Shown piece after piece: positions 13,984 through 63,440 of a stretch of 64,000 bases of DNA; the stretch's first letter is position 1, and every line of letters starts with the position of its first letter. The notes below the pieces were generated by a model that was given only the letters and a program-made list of their open reading frames with translations, did no database searches and had not been told where the DNA came from. The position numbers and the translations under genes are program-made. The DNA comes from Hormiphora californensis (Eukaryota > Animalia > Ctenophora), in NCBI GenBank assembly GCA_020137815.1, contig CM035353.1, positions 3,100,001-3,164,000 of the forward strand, given 5' to 3'.

Positions 13984-14665
13984 GGGTAGCGACTGGCTAT
14001 TTGAAACAGTTTTTCACTTTTTTCCCTTGCCTGCCCACAAATCAAGTCGGACCCAAATTTTTTTGACCTTGTGTTACCGAGACAATCCCTGGGTAGTTTT
14101 TTGGGTGGTTGGAGATGTCTCATTTTGTCTTCCGGGGTCAGGGTCACGTGATATCTATCCAAATTTGGTGTTTCAATTTACCCGCCTCGGTCTGCTAATT
14201 TGAAACACCCGTATCTCCCTCAATTTCTCTACGAAACCAAAATTTTTGACATTGAATAGTTAGAAAAGGGTTGTGCAGAGCCATTCCATGTCTGAAATCT
14301 GAATTTTGTTGAACGTGCTTGGTGCAATGACCTTTTCCAAAAAACTGTTTCAAATTAGCAGGAAAACAGTTTTTGCCTCATATTCGGCCAACTTTTGGCG
14401 GAAATGACTCAAATCATAGTTTATATCCTGCCTCATGCTCATATTGAACAACAAAAATTTCGACAATCCAATCGGAGAAAATTGTTTCAAATAGCCATCC
14501 TCAGTGTTTCAAGTTACCAGACTCTCTTCACTGTGCTACAGCACACACACGACACCAATCAGAGAGCAAATAACGCGCATTTGTTTCAAATAACCAGAGC
14601 ACGTGTTTCAAGTTATCAGACACTGTTTCAAGTTAGCAGGCGTTTCAAATTGCCAGTCGCTACCC
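13984..14665. mobile_element. MITE with TA TSD and GGGTAG ends (pogo/Tc1-mariner-like)
   Basis: TA|GGGTAGCGACTGGC ... GCCAGTCGCTACCC|TA, with repeated TGTTTCAAAT subterminal motifs. Confidence 0.75.
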
Positions 14666-15317
14666 TATATATATTACTGAAACAATTGTTGTATGTATGC
14701 GAAACCAATTATCAGAGATTGATACAATTCAAATGATAGATTGGTGCCAATACCCATTATTAGATTTAACAAATTTACTTTGTTTCAAGAGCCGCACGAG
14801 GCCAAGGAATGCTGGACCCCCACCTCCTCCTCCCCCTCAACAACCACCCCCGGAACAGTTGTACGTACAAAGACCACCGTGAGGCGACTATAGGACTGCT
14901 GTTAGGGCAGCAATCAATGCTGGACAAAGCGTCTGAGCTGTACCAGGAAATAGCTTAGAAATGACCATCTGAAAGACAAAATGGCTAGACGTGCTGACGT
15001 AGGACTGCTGTGGTCAATGTTGTTACACTTAATTTCACCCTAGCTCGACCAACCGTCCTACCGGATGGCGGTAAACGCCTTACCGGCCCCGGACCCCTCC
15101 GCCTGGACGCCAAACCCCTACTCTGCCCACACCACGGACGAGATAGGTCGATAGCACATAATAATTAGAGATATGTCGGGAGATATTACAAATATTGAAC
15201 AGCACGATGCTGACATATCGAGACAACCACGGGTCACCCGTCACGGCTATGATAAAGGACAATAAAGGATGAGTATAAAATACACATTCGGGTGACCCAC
15301 AGGTGCAGTCACGGGGA

Positions 15318-15760
15318 CTCATTATTGCGGGACATATGAATGCACATCATGCAGTATGGGGGTCTGATATAATTAATAGAAGGTTGAGATGGATCTCGGC
15401 TTCAACCCCAATGCCATTTAATCGAGATGTTGCAGTTCATTTTGAAAAACTCTTATGCTAGAGTGGGTGCAAACAAACAAATAGAAGAACTAAAACAAAC
15501 AAATAGAAGGGGTAACAAACTAATGGATCTGATGGATGTTACGGCATGGTGGTATGCAATGAGTATGGGGCTATCACAAGAGAACAAAACGGACCCCAAA
15601 CATATCTGAATATCTCAATAAATCACTGCTAGAGATGGGAGTCCCGAGTGATATTTGCAGCGTACTGGACTCACACCCACAACAGAAAGATAACGATGGA
15701 GCATGGAGGAGTCAGGGTAACAATGGAACATCTGGCTGGAGCAGCTCAAGGGGCAATTTT
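15318..15760 (+). mobile_element. Degraded LINE fragments (APE and RT motifs)
   Basis: LIIAGHMNAHHAVWGS..NRR resembles the APE GDxNA motif. NRKITMEHGGVRVTMEHLAGAAQGAI resembles the RT GxxQG motif. Confidence 0.6.
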
Positions 15761-16511
15761 TATATGATCGAGGGCTAATTTGTTAACAATTTAATTTATT
15801 CTTTTTTAGTGTTGTGTTTTGAAGTTGCTCCGGTTGTTGCGAGCAAAATTTTCTCAAGTTCATAAAGACAATAATTTTGTTTGTGATCGGGCTTCTCTAA
15901 CAGTGCCGAAAACTGGTCACTGTGTCTTTTGTGGTGGTCCAACTGAGCTTAAATTAGTTGCGTTTATTTATTTATTGGCTAGGTGAATGAATTAAGGAGG
16001 AAAATGGTGAACATGGAATCAGCTATACAGGATCTGCAATGCAGATTAGGAAAAAGTCGAGGCGCATGAAGCACATTTAAACCGAGCTGATCCCAGAAAG
16101 TGATAGTTTAGAGAGTGCGTTGGCACCATTTATCTACTATCTATTCACTATTGAGTGGTATATTAAATGTATAAATTACATTACATTACATCCATCGACC
16201 TCACCTTTACCAGCATGCTGCAGCACATGAACTTTACATCTGACACCCGTCAGAAAGGAGTGACAATATACATATTTTCAATTGTAATGTGTATTGTATT
16301 AGATTGAATAATAATAATAATACCAGCACCATGACCAAACTCCTACCAGCTCTACGTTGGTTGAAGGCAAGAAAGGACTGTCAAGAGACACTAGACAGTT
16401 GATTGGAAAACTTGTCTGTGGATAGATTTAGCAAAAGTTAATAAATTACTAAAATCGAATAGATGAAGACAAATAGTGGAAAACGTAAAAACAAGAACAA
16501 GCGGCCATTAC

Positions 16512-17005
16512 GGATACAGAACTATAACAACTCTCTCCAGTGTAATGTTCAAGCTCCTAGAAAAGTTACAATGAAATAGTGTTTATTTAGGACTGTAGAC
16601 GACTCGGAGATTTATTTCAGGAAAGATAATACGGGACGGTTTCGACGTTTAACGTCATCATCAGCTATAAATAGAAAAGAAATGTTAGTTAATAAATCAC
16701 TCAATTACTTAAATATCAATAAGAACTATACTAACTAACATTTCTTTTCTATTTATAGCTGATGATGACGTTAAACGTCGAAACCGTCCCGTATTATCTT
16801 TCCTGAAATAAATCTCCGAGTCGTCTACAGTCCTAAATAAACACTATTTCATTGTATCAAAACTATGCGACTCAAAAAACAGCCGATTGGTCAACTTATT
16901 GATCCTAGAAAAGTTGTTAATCCGCTATCAACGCACAACAGGGGACATATACAACCGGTTGCACGACCTTCAATACGGTTTATCCCGGGAAAGGGAAGCG
17001 AGGAA
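16512..17005 (+). mobile_element. LINE RT fragment split by the 16568-16902 insertion
   Basis: Removing the insert and one TSD gives YRTITTLSSVMFKLLEKLLIRYQ..QYG, which parallels YRTITLASVFFKLLERL in the 31384 LINE. Confidence 0.7.
16568..16902 (+). mobile_element. Short Penelope-like insertion: inverted pseudo-LTR pair with a hammerhead-like core, 13-bp TSD
   Basis: TSD TCCTAGAAAAGTT (16555-16567, 16903-16915). Perfect ~125-bp inverted arms plus a ~45-bp one-sided extension. CTGATGA-TGACGTTAAACGTC-GAAAC at 16759-16784. Confidence 0.7.
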
Positions 17006-17321
17006 GGCATGAAAGGACTGGCAAGAGACACTAGACAGTTGATTGGACAACTTTTCTGTGGATAGATTTATCAAATTAGAGTTAATAAATTACTAAAATC
17101 GACTAGATGAAGACAAATAGTGGGAAAAAGAAACAACGACAAAACGATCAATTAACACACCAGCCCGGTGGGGCTTGTTGCACTGTCGAACCTCCTCCCT
17201 TTTTTTTTTCTTACAAATTCACTAACCCCAACACCGATTGGCATCACTTTCCAACAGCCGAAGAGAAGCTGCCGAAGAGAGAAAGGGGGTAACCGTATGA
17301 AGAGTTAATCGCGATGAGTCT

Positions 17322-17323
<2 letters not shown>

Positions 17324-17360
<37 letters not shown>

Positions 17361-17925
17361 CTTTTTTTTTAAAATTCACTAACCCCAACACCGATTGGCA
17401 TCACTTTCCAACAGCCGAAGAGAAGCTGCCGAAGAGAGAAAGGGGGTAACCGTATGAAGAGTTAATCGCGATGAGTCTCATTCACATTGGGTTCGATCAT
17501 TTGCCCCTGGTGTTGGGGTTAGTAATAAATAAACCTTAAAATCACTCACTCAAATAAACAATAAATATTATAAATAAAAAGTCAGTCAGTAAAATCACAC
17601 ATTGCGATGGGTGGTGGAGTCGTGAACTTTTTCCTCGTGCCCCTGAGTGAGACCAAGGTACTTCTGAGAAGACAGAATCGTATCCGTGTTCTCAAGAAGT
17701 TAATCACTTCAGCATATTTGTCCTTGTGTTTGGTAGAGATGCGTGAAGCGAGCTTTTTGATTAGTCGTTCTGCCTCTGGTCCGGAACCTCCGGAAGTGGC
17801 CATAATAAACGGGGTGAAAGCCCCTCTCTCCGACTCTCTGATTCGTTGTTGGTAATCACGTTTCTTCCGACTTTCATTCATTTTGTACAGAGATTTTGGG
17901 TCTTTTCCTCTGTAACTGACAACTA
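17324..17925 (-). mobile_element. 5'-truncated CRE-clade non-LTR retrotransposon (RLE C-terminus, 3'UTR, poly(A)) inserted into an older copy of its own 3'UTR
   Basis: ORF 17582-17881 reads RKKRDYQQRIRESERGAFTPFIMATSGGSG..LRGTR. Poly(A) appears as a T-run at 17324-17370. TSD ATGAGTCTCA(TT) at 17314 and 17926. Confidence 0.8.
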
Positions 17926-17999
17926 ATGAGTCTCATTCACATTGGGTTCGATCATTTGCCCCCGGTGTGTTGGAATGCGCTGCAGCCCCCTCATGCGCG

Positions 18000-19080
18000 C
18001 ACCCCCGCAACGAGGGGACTGAAGGGAATGCCGCGCGCGCGTTTGGCCTGAGCTCAGGACGGGCCCGGCTGGGTCGAAGATAACTTTGCGAGCGAAAAAA
18101 CGGCGGTGCTTATAACTTTGGCCCCTGAAGTCCGTTTGACTTGATTCTTTCACTAGCTGTTAGATCTGACAATTATCTACCTTGCTGTTTTTGAGAGAAG
18201 TAAATTGGACTTCAGGAGGCTGAGCAATAACCGTTCAAAGATGGGTTGTTTTCAAAAAGTGACGTCACAGATTCTTGCAGGGACACTTTGTTTCAAATTT
18301 GAATTAAAATCTCGAATTTTTTTATTTTACCGCACTCGATTTTGCGGAGTTTGGTTCATATCTCCTGTTCCTGATAAGATAGAGACCTGAAACCGGTTGC
18401 ATTTGAAAGCTGTTATACTCCATTTTTTTTCAACTGTTCACCCCCCAAAGTCGTGCGCGGAATTGTTTTGCGCGTTTATCACATGTTAACGTGTAGCGCG
18501 CGCCACCCAAATTCGAATTTTTTATCAAATTTCAGTTTTTGGGTGAACAGTTGAAAAAAAATGGACTTTATCTTCCTGTTTCCAACGCTACCAAAACGAT
18601 TTCTGTACCTTATCTGGAACCGGAGATATGATTGATTATGTATTCCCCCCCTAGCGCGGTATTCCCTCCAGGCCCCTTATATTATATTAAAGGTCCTCCC
18701 AAACTATTATGTCCCTTGCTGCGCGCGACCGGATTTTAGACAGCCATAGCTCCACCCCCTGATGGGATAGAGACTTGAAATTTGTTTTGTGAGGAGATCT
18801 TGTCGAGTTCTTCCTACAAAACAAATTTCAAGTCTTTATCTCATCAGGGAGTGGAATTATGACCGTGGGAAATTTCACAAAACCCGAGTGAGGGACATAG
18901 TAGTTTGGGGAGTACTTTATAAGGGGCCTGCAACGTATGCCAACCCGGTGTGCCTCCCTCCGCAAGCACTGCAGCCAGCATCTCAAGATCTGGTGCGCGC
19001 GCGGAGGAGAGGAGATGCGCGGCTGAAACCGGCAGTGAATTATTCTGATTCTCGCGCAATGTACATCTCAATTTAAAGAG
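18000..19080. repeat. Probable non-autonomous DNA-transposon remnant with internal inverted repeats
   Basis: TCCATTTTTTTTCAACTGTTCACCC (~18420-18445) is inverted at ~18541-18565, and ATATCTCC.GTTCC.GATAAG is inverted at ~18610-18630. The ends were not defined. Confidence 0.45.
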
Positions 19081-19560
19081 CACGGTTATCAACTGACTAT
19101 TACTAAATAAATAACCCGGTAAATTACCGTAAATAGAGGAAATGTTTCCATCTAGTATAAATCCCCTGTCAATCGAATTTTACGGGTACCGAGGTGTTTT
19201 CTTGAGTTCTTTTAATCTCGACCCGGTGACCCCTTCCAACGCCATTTCACCATGTCCTGATCAATAATCTACCGGTACCATGACCACCATCAGTATTTGA
19301 CTAAGTATAAAACACGTTAATTTTGTTTGTGTATATAATTATAATCATTATGAGATTGTATACAGTAGCTCCTCGCTCAATTTACCCACATATCTCGTCC
19401 ATTTAATTTTCACAACAACAGTTTTCTTGTAATGACAGACTTTTTCATTTTTATTTTTAATAAACCGGTCGTCTGGTTAAAAGACTCCTTGAAGCTACAA
19501 AAAAGTGTCAAATTGTCCTCAAATTAAACTATGAATAGGGTTGAAGTGAGACTCTACGGA

Positions 19561-19700
<140 letters not shown>

Positions 19701-19892
19701 AGAGTTAACTTTATAACATTATAATCGGGAGAGCAACAGTGAGTAATAAAAACTAAAAAAATATAGTTTAAAAGTCAAACTCAATAGTATGTTGCACGTG
19801 TTACATAAAGCTTTATAATACTTGTTATAATTCCTAATAATTAATTCTCTTTCTCACATACAGTACAACTACAAGATATATACGGTAGGCGG

Positions 19893-20001
19893 CAGGAACC
19901 GACCGAAACAAGTAAACAACCAATCAGAACTCGTTATTTAGGTCACGTGACTGGTTATCAGCCAATCAGGGACCAGTATTTCCTGATTCGGTCGGTTCCT
20001 G
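19893..20001 (+). mobile_element. 109-bp hAT-type MITE family, copy 1 of 7 (others 20281-20389, 26155-26255, 36415-36517, 44031-44141, 46627-46735, 53868-~53968)
   Basis: TIR CAGGAACCGACCGAA...TTCGGTCGGTTCCTG. 8-bp TSDs: CACACAAT (copy 2), ATGCAGAT (copy 4, with the empty site at ~26366), and GTAGGCGG/GTTGGCGG (copy 1). Confidence 0.9.
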
Positions 20002-20706
20002 GTTGGCGGAATCTATCGACCGGGCCAGCTCAGATTTTAACCATTTTACCCTAAATGTAAACATGTAGTAATTGGCCAGTAACACCGCACCAGCCTGCCT
20101 CAATGACTCGTTTATTGTGCCAGGGACTCAGAGCTATATGATACATTTCCAAAAGAGAGCTATAATACTTGTCGTTTGGGTTTACGCATGGATACATTTT
20201 CTGACTGAATGGTTGTTCTCGCACAGTATAACTAATAACATAGCTACAAAAACACAGGGTGAGTATAACATGCACACAATGAGGAACCGACCGAATTAAG
20301 TAAACAACCAATCAGAACTCGTTATTTAGGTCATGTGACTGGTTATCAGCCAATCAGGGACTAGTACTTCCTGATTCGGTCGGTTCCTGCACACAATATA
20401 ATATCATAGCTGCAGACACAGGGGCTGGACGATCTCACAGAATTAAAGTTGTCCTCTATACATAACGATCTATACCGCAACCGATTCTATCTCTCTCTCT
20501 CTGCTTCAATTACAAAACACCCCCTACACTCCACACAAGTGTAACTCAACTCAACTCCACACAAGCGTTTATCAGTAACTCAACTCCACACACTTTCTGA
20601 CTCTGGCATGATACAACTACACAACGTCAACATCGGATGATACCACTTCAACGGTAGACAGTTTTTAAGAGCATATTATTAGGAATCCGGCCGGAGCGCT
20701 GTTATA

Positions 20707-57985
<37,279 letters not shown>

Positions 57986-58862
57986 CTGTAGGAAAAGTTG
58001 CTGTACAGTCGGACCCCGATTTAAAGGCCCCCAACTTAACGGCGGGATACATTTCCCCCAAAATTTTTTTGAAGTTTTAACGTTGGTCAACTTTATATTG
58101 TAGAGAGTCACGATTCGATGGGGATACCGTATCGGTTAGTTTCGCACCGATACGTGACACCGTCCGAATTGTGTTTCGAATCGATGCACTATTTCCTAAA
58201 GTATACCTTTTTCATAATTTTTTGAAAAGTTGTCAATACTTTGATCGGTTCTCTCCATGGGTGGGGAAGTATCAAAATTTCATGGGCCCATGAACTTTGA
58301 AATTTTTCTCGACCATTTTATTTGGTTATCCATTTTATTTGGCTATCCGCGTTTTTCATTCAATCGTCAGTAAATGTTTTCCAGCTGTGACCATATGCCT
58401 ATATGAATAGCGGGCTTGACAGAATCCCGGCCCCGGCGAACTGCATATCATTTCTTTTCGATATAAAATCGTTTCACGTTCTATTGCCCCGAGAAATCCT
58501 GTTTGGTTTTAGATCAAGGGTAGTACCATGCAATGAAATATGATAAGATACACTTGTGTCCTGCATTTTCAATTGTGTAAATTAGCATTATAATGCCCTC
58601 TATTTGTTATTTTTATCTGTTGCTTTTACTTCTGGATGTACCAAAAAGATTGCAGTGAGGGAGAGATCAGACTCAATTAAAACCGATATTTGAACTCTTT
58701 GTAAAACGCAAAAACTTCAGCGAAATGTAAGAATTAGTTTATTTTATACAAAAATATATTACAGTTCTTGTTAGATCTAATGTAAAAAGGTCCAACATTT
58801 TAGCCACTATAAATCTCATATAATGTCCATGGATCCCTCCGACATAATTCCACCTGCTTCCA

Positions 58863-60292
58863 TTATATTATATATCGCCCTATTCCAGAGTACACCTGAT
58901 CCTTACCTCCGGCCTCCACAACCTTCCTGACGGCCTCATCAAGTTCCTCCTCTTGGTCCTCGCTCAGCAGTCCCTTCCAGCCCCCAACCTTTCCTTTCCT
59001 AACAAAGGGTTTGGTCTTTGTATCAACTAGCCAGGAATAATTAACAGCATTATTCCCTTGCATCGTTTCAAACTTGCTCTCCTGTAACACCTTGTCCCTC
59101 AGCTCACCAGACAACTCGACACCGAGGAACTCAGCAATGCGACACAGCTCTCGCCCTGTGTCCTCAGTGAGATCCTCGTAGGTAAGGAAGAGGAATATTT
59201 GGATCTCCAGGCGTGAGCCAGCCACTCCACTACGTGATCCTCCCAAAGACCAAACTCGGTAACATCCCCCTTCCTGGCTATCTCGCTGAAGTAAGCGTGG
59301 AAGTCACCCTTGTCAACGATGTCACACCAGTAGAATTTGTTAAGGCTGTTAATGTGGTTATAGTATGAGACGACCCAGTCCTTGGGGTTGCGGTAACAGT
59401 AAATCAGCTTCTTGCTCCGCCACTGGTCGGGTAACCAGGAGTAAAGATCATGGGTTTTGAAGACACGAGGACTGGGCATGTTGGTTGCCACGGCAGCATC
59501 CGGGATGGCCTGTAACCATGGCACCTGTTTATCCAGCTGGGTCACTTCACCCCCGGGACACCCCACCAAATGGTAAACCATGTTCTGCAACCATGTTGTC
59601 CCACTTTTTGAGTACGTACAAATGAGGATATCATCCTCGCGGGCATCCATTGCAGCGACCTGGTCATAGTGTTCAGGAGGGGTGAAGGGAGGGACGACGT
59701 AGTCTTTGTAGGCTGCGTGGTTGAAGTAGGAGTGCAGGGGTGTCGATACCAAACCAGGAGGACCCTCTTGATATAATAGGTTTTATTTCGAGAATACACA
59801 TTAAAGCCACGCTTGAATACGTATTTGATACGTATTAAATACGTATTCTAAGCCTAAAGGGGAGGGGGGCAAGGCCAAAAAAGCCAGATCAATCCCGGAT
59901 TTCAGGGCAGATTTGACTTTTTTGGCCCTACATTTTTTGGTAAAAAAGCCAGATCAAAAAAGCCAGATCAAAAAAAGCCAAGAAATTCTCGGGGGAAAGC
60001 CAAAAAAGGCCAAAAAAGATTTCTAAAAAGCCAGATCGAAAAAGCCAGAATTTTTTGGAAAAAAAGGCCAAAAAAGCCAGATCAAAAAAAGCCAGATCAA
60101 AAAAAGCCAGATCAAAAAAAGCCAGATCAAAAAAGCCAGATCAAAGGAATTGATCCAGAGTGCTCCCATCGTTTTTATTCCCACAACTATCGCCGTTTTG
60201 ACGTCCCAACCCGCTAACCATGACCAGCAATCCGTGGTAAAATCTCAAACTTTACCGCAGCATGACCTAATTTTTATAAACTCTAGAGAGAG

Positions 60293-60336
<44 letters not shown>

Positions 60337-60447
60337 TTTTCTTTATTCTAGGCTTAGAATACGTATATTCAATATGACGTATACGTATTCACGCGTGGCT
60401 TTAATATGTATTCTCGGAATAAAACATATTATATTCTCACCAGCCAT
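58863..60447 (-). CDS. Cytosolic sulfotransferase (SULT family), with a frameshift near 59195-59212 and a TE inserted at codon 5 (pseudogene or base errors)
   Basis: 5'PSB TYSKSGTTW, KTH, 3'PB YRNPKDWVVSYY, LFLTYEDL and RKGKVGGWK. The ATG at 60447 (MAGEN) joins QEGPPGLVSTP in frame once the insert is removed. Confidence 0.85.
59773..60432. mobile_element. Inverted-repeat element with AT duplication inserted in the SULT 5' coding region; contains (AAAAAAGCCAGATC)n and a GA tract
   Basis: ATAATAGGTTTTATTTCGAGAATAC..AAAGCCACGC..GTATTCTAAGCCTA vs TAGGCTTAGAATAC..GCGTGGCTTT..GTATTCTCGGAATAAAACATATTAT. Confidence 0.75.
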
Positions 60448-60712
60448 AATGATCTTCTGAGAGAGAGGGGGAGTATTATGTAACAACGTTTCAACCAAGT
60501 GAATCAAACGATATTGGGCGCTAAGACGATAAAGTCTAAAGTTATAAAACATGTATGAACTCGGAACTGACTGGGCGACATGGCACTATATCTACATTCT
60601 GCAGAATTATATTGTACAAGAGTGAGAGCATAGCACGACAGAAGTGATTAGCACACCGCCTAGTGTTGTCATCCTTGGATAAACAATAACAATCGGCACC
60701 TCAACCAGCTCA

Positions 60713-60756
<44 letters not shown>

Positions 60757-61014
60757 TATATATATATATGGCCTGTATCTCTGAAAGCTGTTGAATAAGA
60801 GTAACCGTTTTTTCACTAAAGTAAAGTTCAAAGTATTATGCACTTATTGCAGATATGAGTGACCATCCAAGCCGTGTGGTTGCTTTGCAATTCTCTTCTG
60901 AGAATTTTTGGTCAAACGTGCAATGAAAAAAAACATGACCATATGTATATAATGGAAACCGTTCTGTAGCTTAAGTAAACTAAACAATTAAGCTTTTTTA
61001 GCATCATACGTGTC

Positions 61015-63021
61015 ATGTATGAAGCAGGTTCACCAGTTGACTGGCTCCCACTCCTACTGATAACGATTCTTCTTCCAGCACTGGTGATTAACTCTATCCT
61101 GATCAGTGTGTACGTGGCGAATAAGAAGGTACTGAATTTGTACTGAATGGTTTGTGTTATATCAGGAGCGGAGCTGGTATGTTTTCAGTCTTATTCGGGG
61201 ACGTCTAAATAGGACGTCTAAATAGGGTGATATAATATTCTTGATTCTTGGTAATTCATGCGTGTACCTAGATTTGATGTACTTTTATACGTTTTAAAAC
61301 CATCATTTACTCAGTACAACAACACATTCGAATTGGCGTATCTGAACCTGGCTGTGACGGACTGTATTTTTGCTTTGGCCGGACTGATCAAAGGAGCTGG
61401 TGAGTAATCATTGCAGTGGACAATATTATACTGTGACTGTGTACACCTTTTTATTATAAAGTAAGCTATACATAATCTGCTGTCCTAATTTGCCTCACCT
61501 CTCTCTATCTCTCTCAGGAGAAACTCTGGATTTACCAGTATGTCATGTCGAGAGGGCGCTGTTCAAGATAGCAATCCACGCCAACATGATGTCAGTTGTG
61601 CCCCTTACTGTGGACAGAGTCTTTGCAGTGTTTTTCCCCATCATGTAATGTATTTAGATATTAATTAATTTGTTTGTTGCGTGATCTGGTCCTTGTTGGG
61701 GTGATATGAGCACCGCTAGAGCCCACTAGAGTTAATGCCGTAATGCCGTTTGGTAATGAAATTCCCCCTCTGCGCTAGCTCACGGAGGGGTAATAATATC
61801 GCTCTTACATCCGGAAAAAAATTCCTGTGTCTAAACTACAAAAAAGAAAGTTCTAATTTTTTGAACATACCGAGGAAATTGTCTGAGCTACCATTACATA
61901 CCAGAATTTTTTGATATTTTGGCCATTAACACTGTTTTTGAAAAACTATGAAGATGCTGGAATTTGGCTACAAAAAGCTTCAGGAATGTGCAAAATGCCA
62001 TTCCAAATGTATTAGAGGTGAATTCATTCATAACTAAGCTATAGTCTAGTCAGAATAAATTCCACAAGATTGGAATTTCATGACCATATATGGAAGTATG
62101 TGATACACCTTTGTTGTTAAACATGTGGTGGAATCGCTACCGGTCGCTACTTCCTGTAGAATGCAGGTCCTGGTTACTATACAAACTAGTACCATACGTT
62201 TTAGATAGGTTTTAGACAAGTTTTCGATAACTTTTCATGAGAAGGTCCTGTAAATTTTCATTTTTAGGTAGGCGGTATTGTAACCCCTATATGCAATAAT
62301 AGGGGTGACTTCGTAACCAATAATGCCGTATTATATGAATGGCTTATCCTGTCCCATTTTCAGGTACAAGCAGCCCATTCACCGACGAGTCCTCATTCTC
62401 CTAATCCTCCTACCGTGGGTGCTATCCCTCCTCTCCTTCTTCTTTCTCTGCTCCTCCTCTACCACTCTCTACGGGAATGTGTGCCGGGAACATTTCCGAG
62501 AGGAAAGCAAGCTCAAGATTCTATTTTATTGTATCTTCTTTGGTGCCCCCTTGGCCATCAACGTCTTTGCGTACACGGCCATTGTCCGCCGTTTGTTCGC
62601 CAAATCCCGGAGAACGAGTAAGATCAGCATTGTGCGACGTACCTCTTTGGATCCTGGAATGATAATGATCCGAGCGCTCATTATAAACATAACATTTACT
62701 CTCCCCTGGATACCGTATTTTGTTGTCACTGAAGGTACCAGCGCTGGTGGATATTACAGCACGAAACACGATGTTGTCCAAGCTCTTCTCTATCTCAACT
62801 GTCTTACTGATCCCCTTCTTTATGCCTTCTCTAGCTGCTTCGTAAAATGGTTTTCCCTCTGGTTCCGAAAGCGACAACATAAATCACAGAAACCAAAGAT
62901 CAGCACCAGCCCCCCACCCTCCCTGCCGAAGGATCCTGCACCGTACGATGGGGCGATTTTGGAGACCACCAAACCGCCAGTGGACAGTCGACAAACTGTT
63001 CATAATGTGACGTTGGTTTAA
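61015..63021 (+). CDS. Rhodopsin-family (class A) GPCR, ~327 aa; exons 61015-61128, 61315-61399, 61518-61644, 62364-63021
   Basis: Phase-compatible GT-AG introns. TM1 N (VINSIL), TM2 NLAVTD, TM3 C..DRV, TM6 FTLPWIP, TM7 NCLTDPLLY. No retinal-binding Lys. Confidence 0.88.
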
Positions 63022-63233
63022 GGGACCAGTTACAAAATTGAAACCTGATATCAGTTGGTGTCAGGTTCTCTTTGGAGTGCTGACACGCTACTTTCAATGC
63101 AATTCACATCGATCACGCGATCGAAAATGTCGGATCGAAAATGTCGCACGTGGCATGGTTCACCAGGAGTGTCCCAGCTGTCCAGAGAAACTGATATCAG
63201 GTTTCAATTTTGTAACTGGAGCGTAATGGTCCT
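63021..63233. mobile_element. Fold-back MITE directly after the GPCR stop codon
   Basis: CCAGTTACAAAATTGAAACCTGATATCAGTT ... AACTGATATCAGGTTTCAATTTTGTAACTGG. Confidence 0.7.
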
Positions 63234-63440
63234 TTCTCGGAACATGCTCCTCTAACAATCTGCGCGTCTTTCACGTTTAGGTCGACCCAAACCCGGGTGT
63301 GAATGCTTACAACAGTGAAATTACATGCGATATACTACATCACGCGCATGTAATTTCACTGTTGTTAGCATTCACACCCGGGTTTGGGTCGACCTAAACG
63401 TGAAAGACGTGCAGATTGTTAGAGGAGCATGTTCCGAGAA
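63234..63440. repeat. ~207-bp near-perfect palindrome (fold-back element)
   Basis: TTCTCGGAACATGCTCCTCTAACAATCTGC ... GCAGATTGTTAGAGGAGCATGTTCCGAGAA. Confidence 0.8.

Noticed and set aside
61015-63021. Opsin
   Set aside because: Tyr rather than Lys at the position equivalent to rhodopsin K296.
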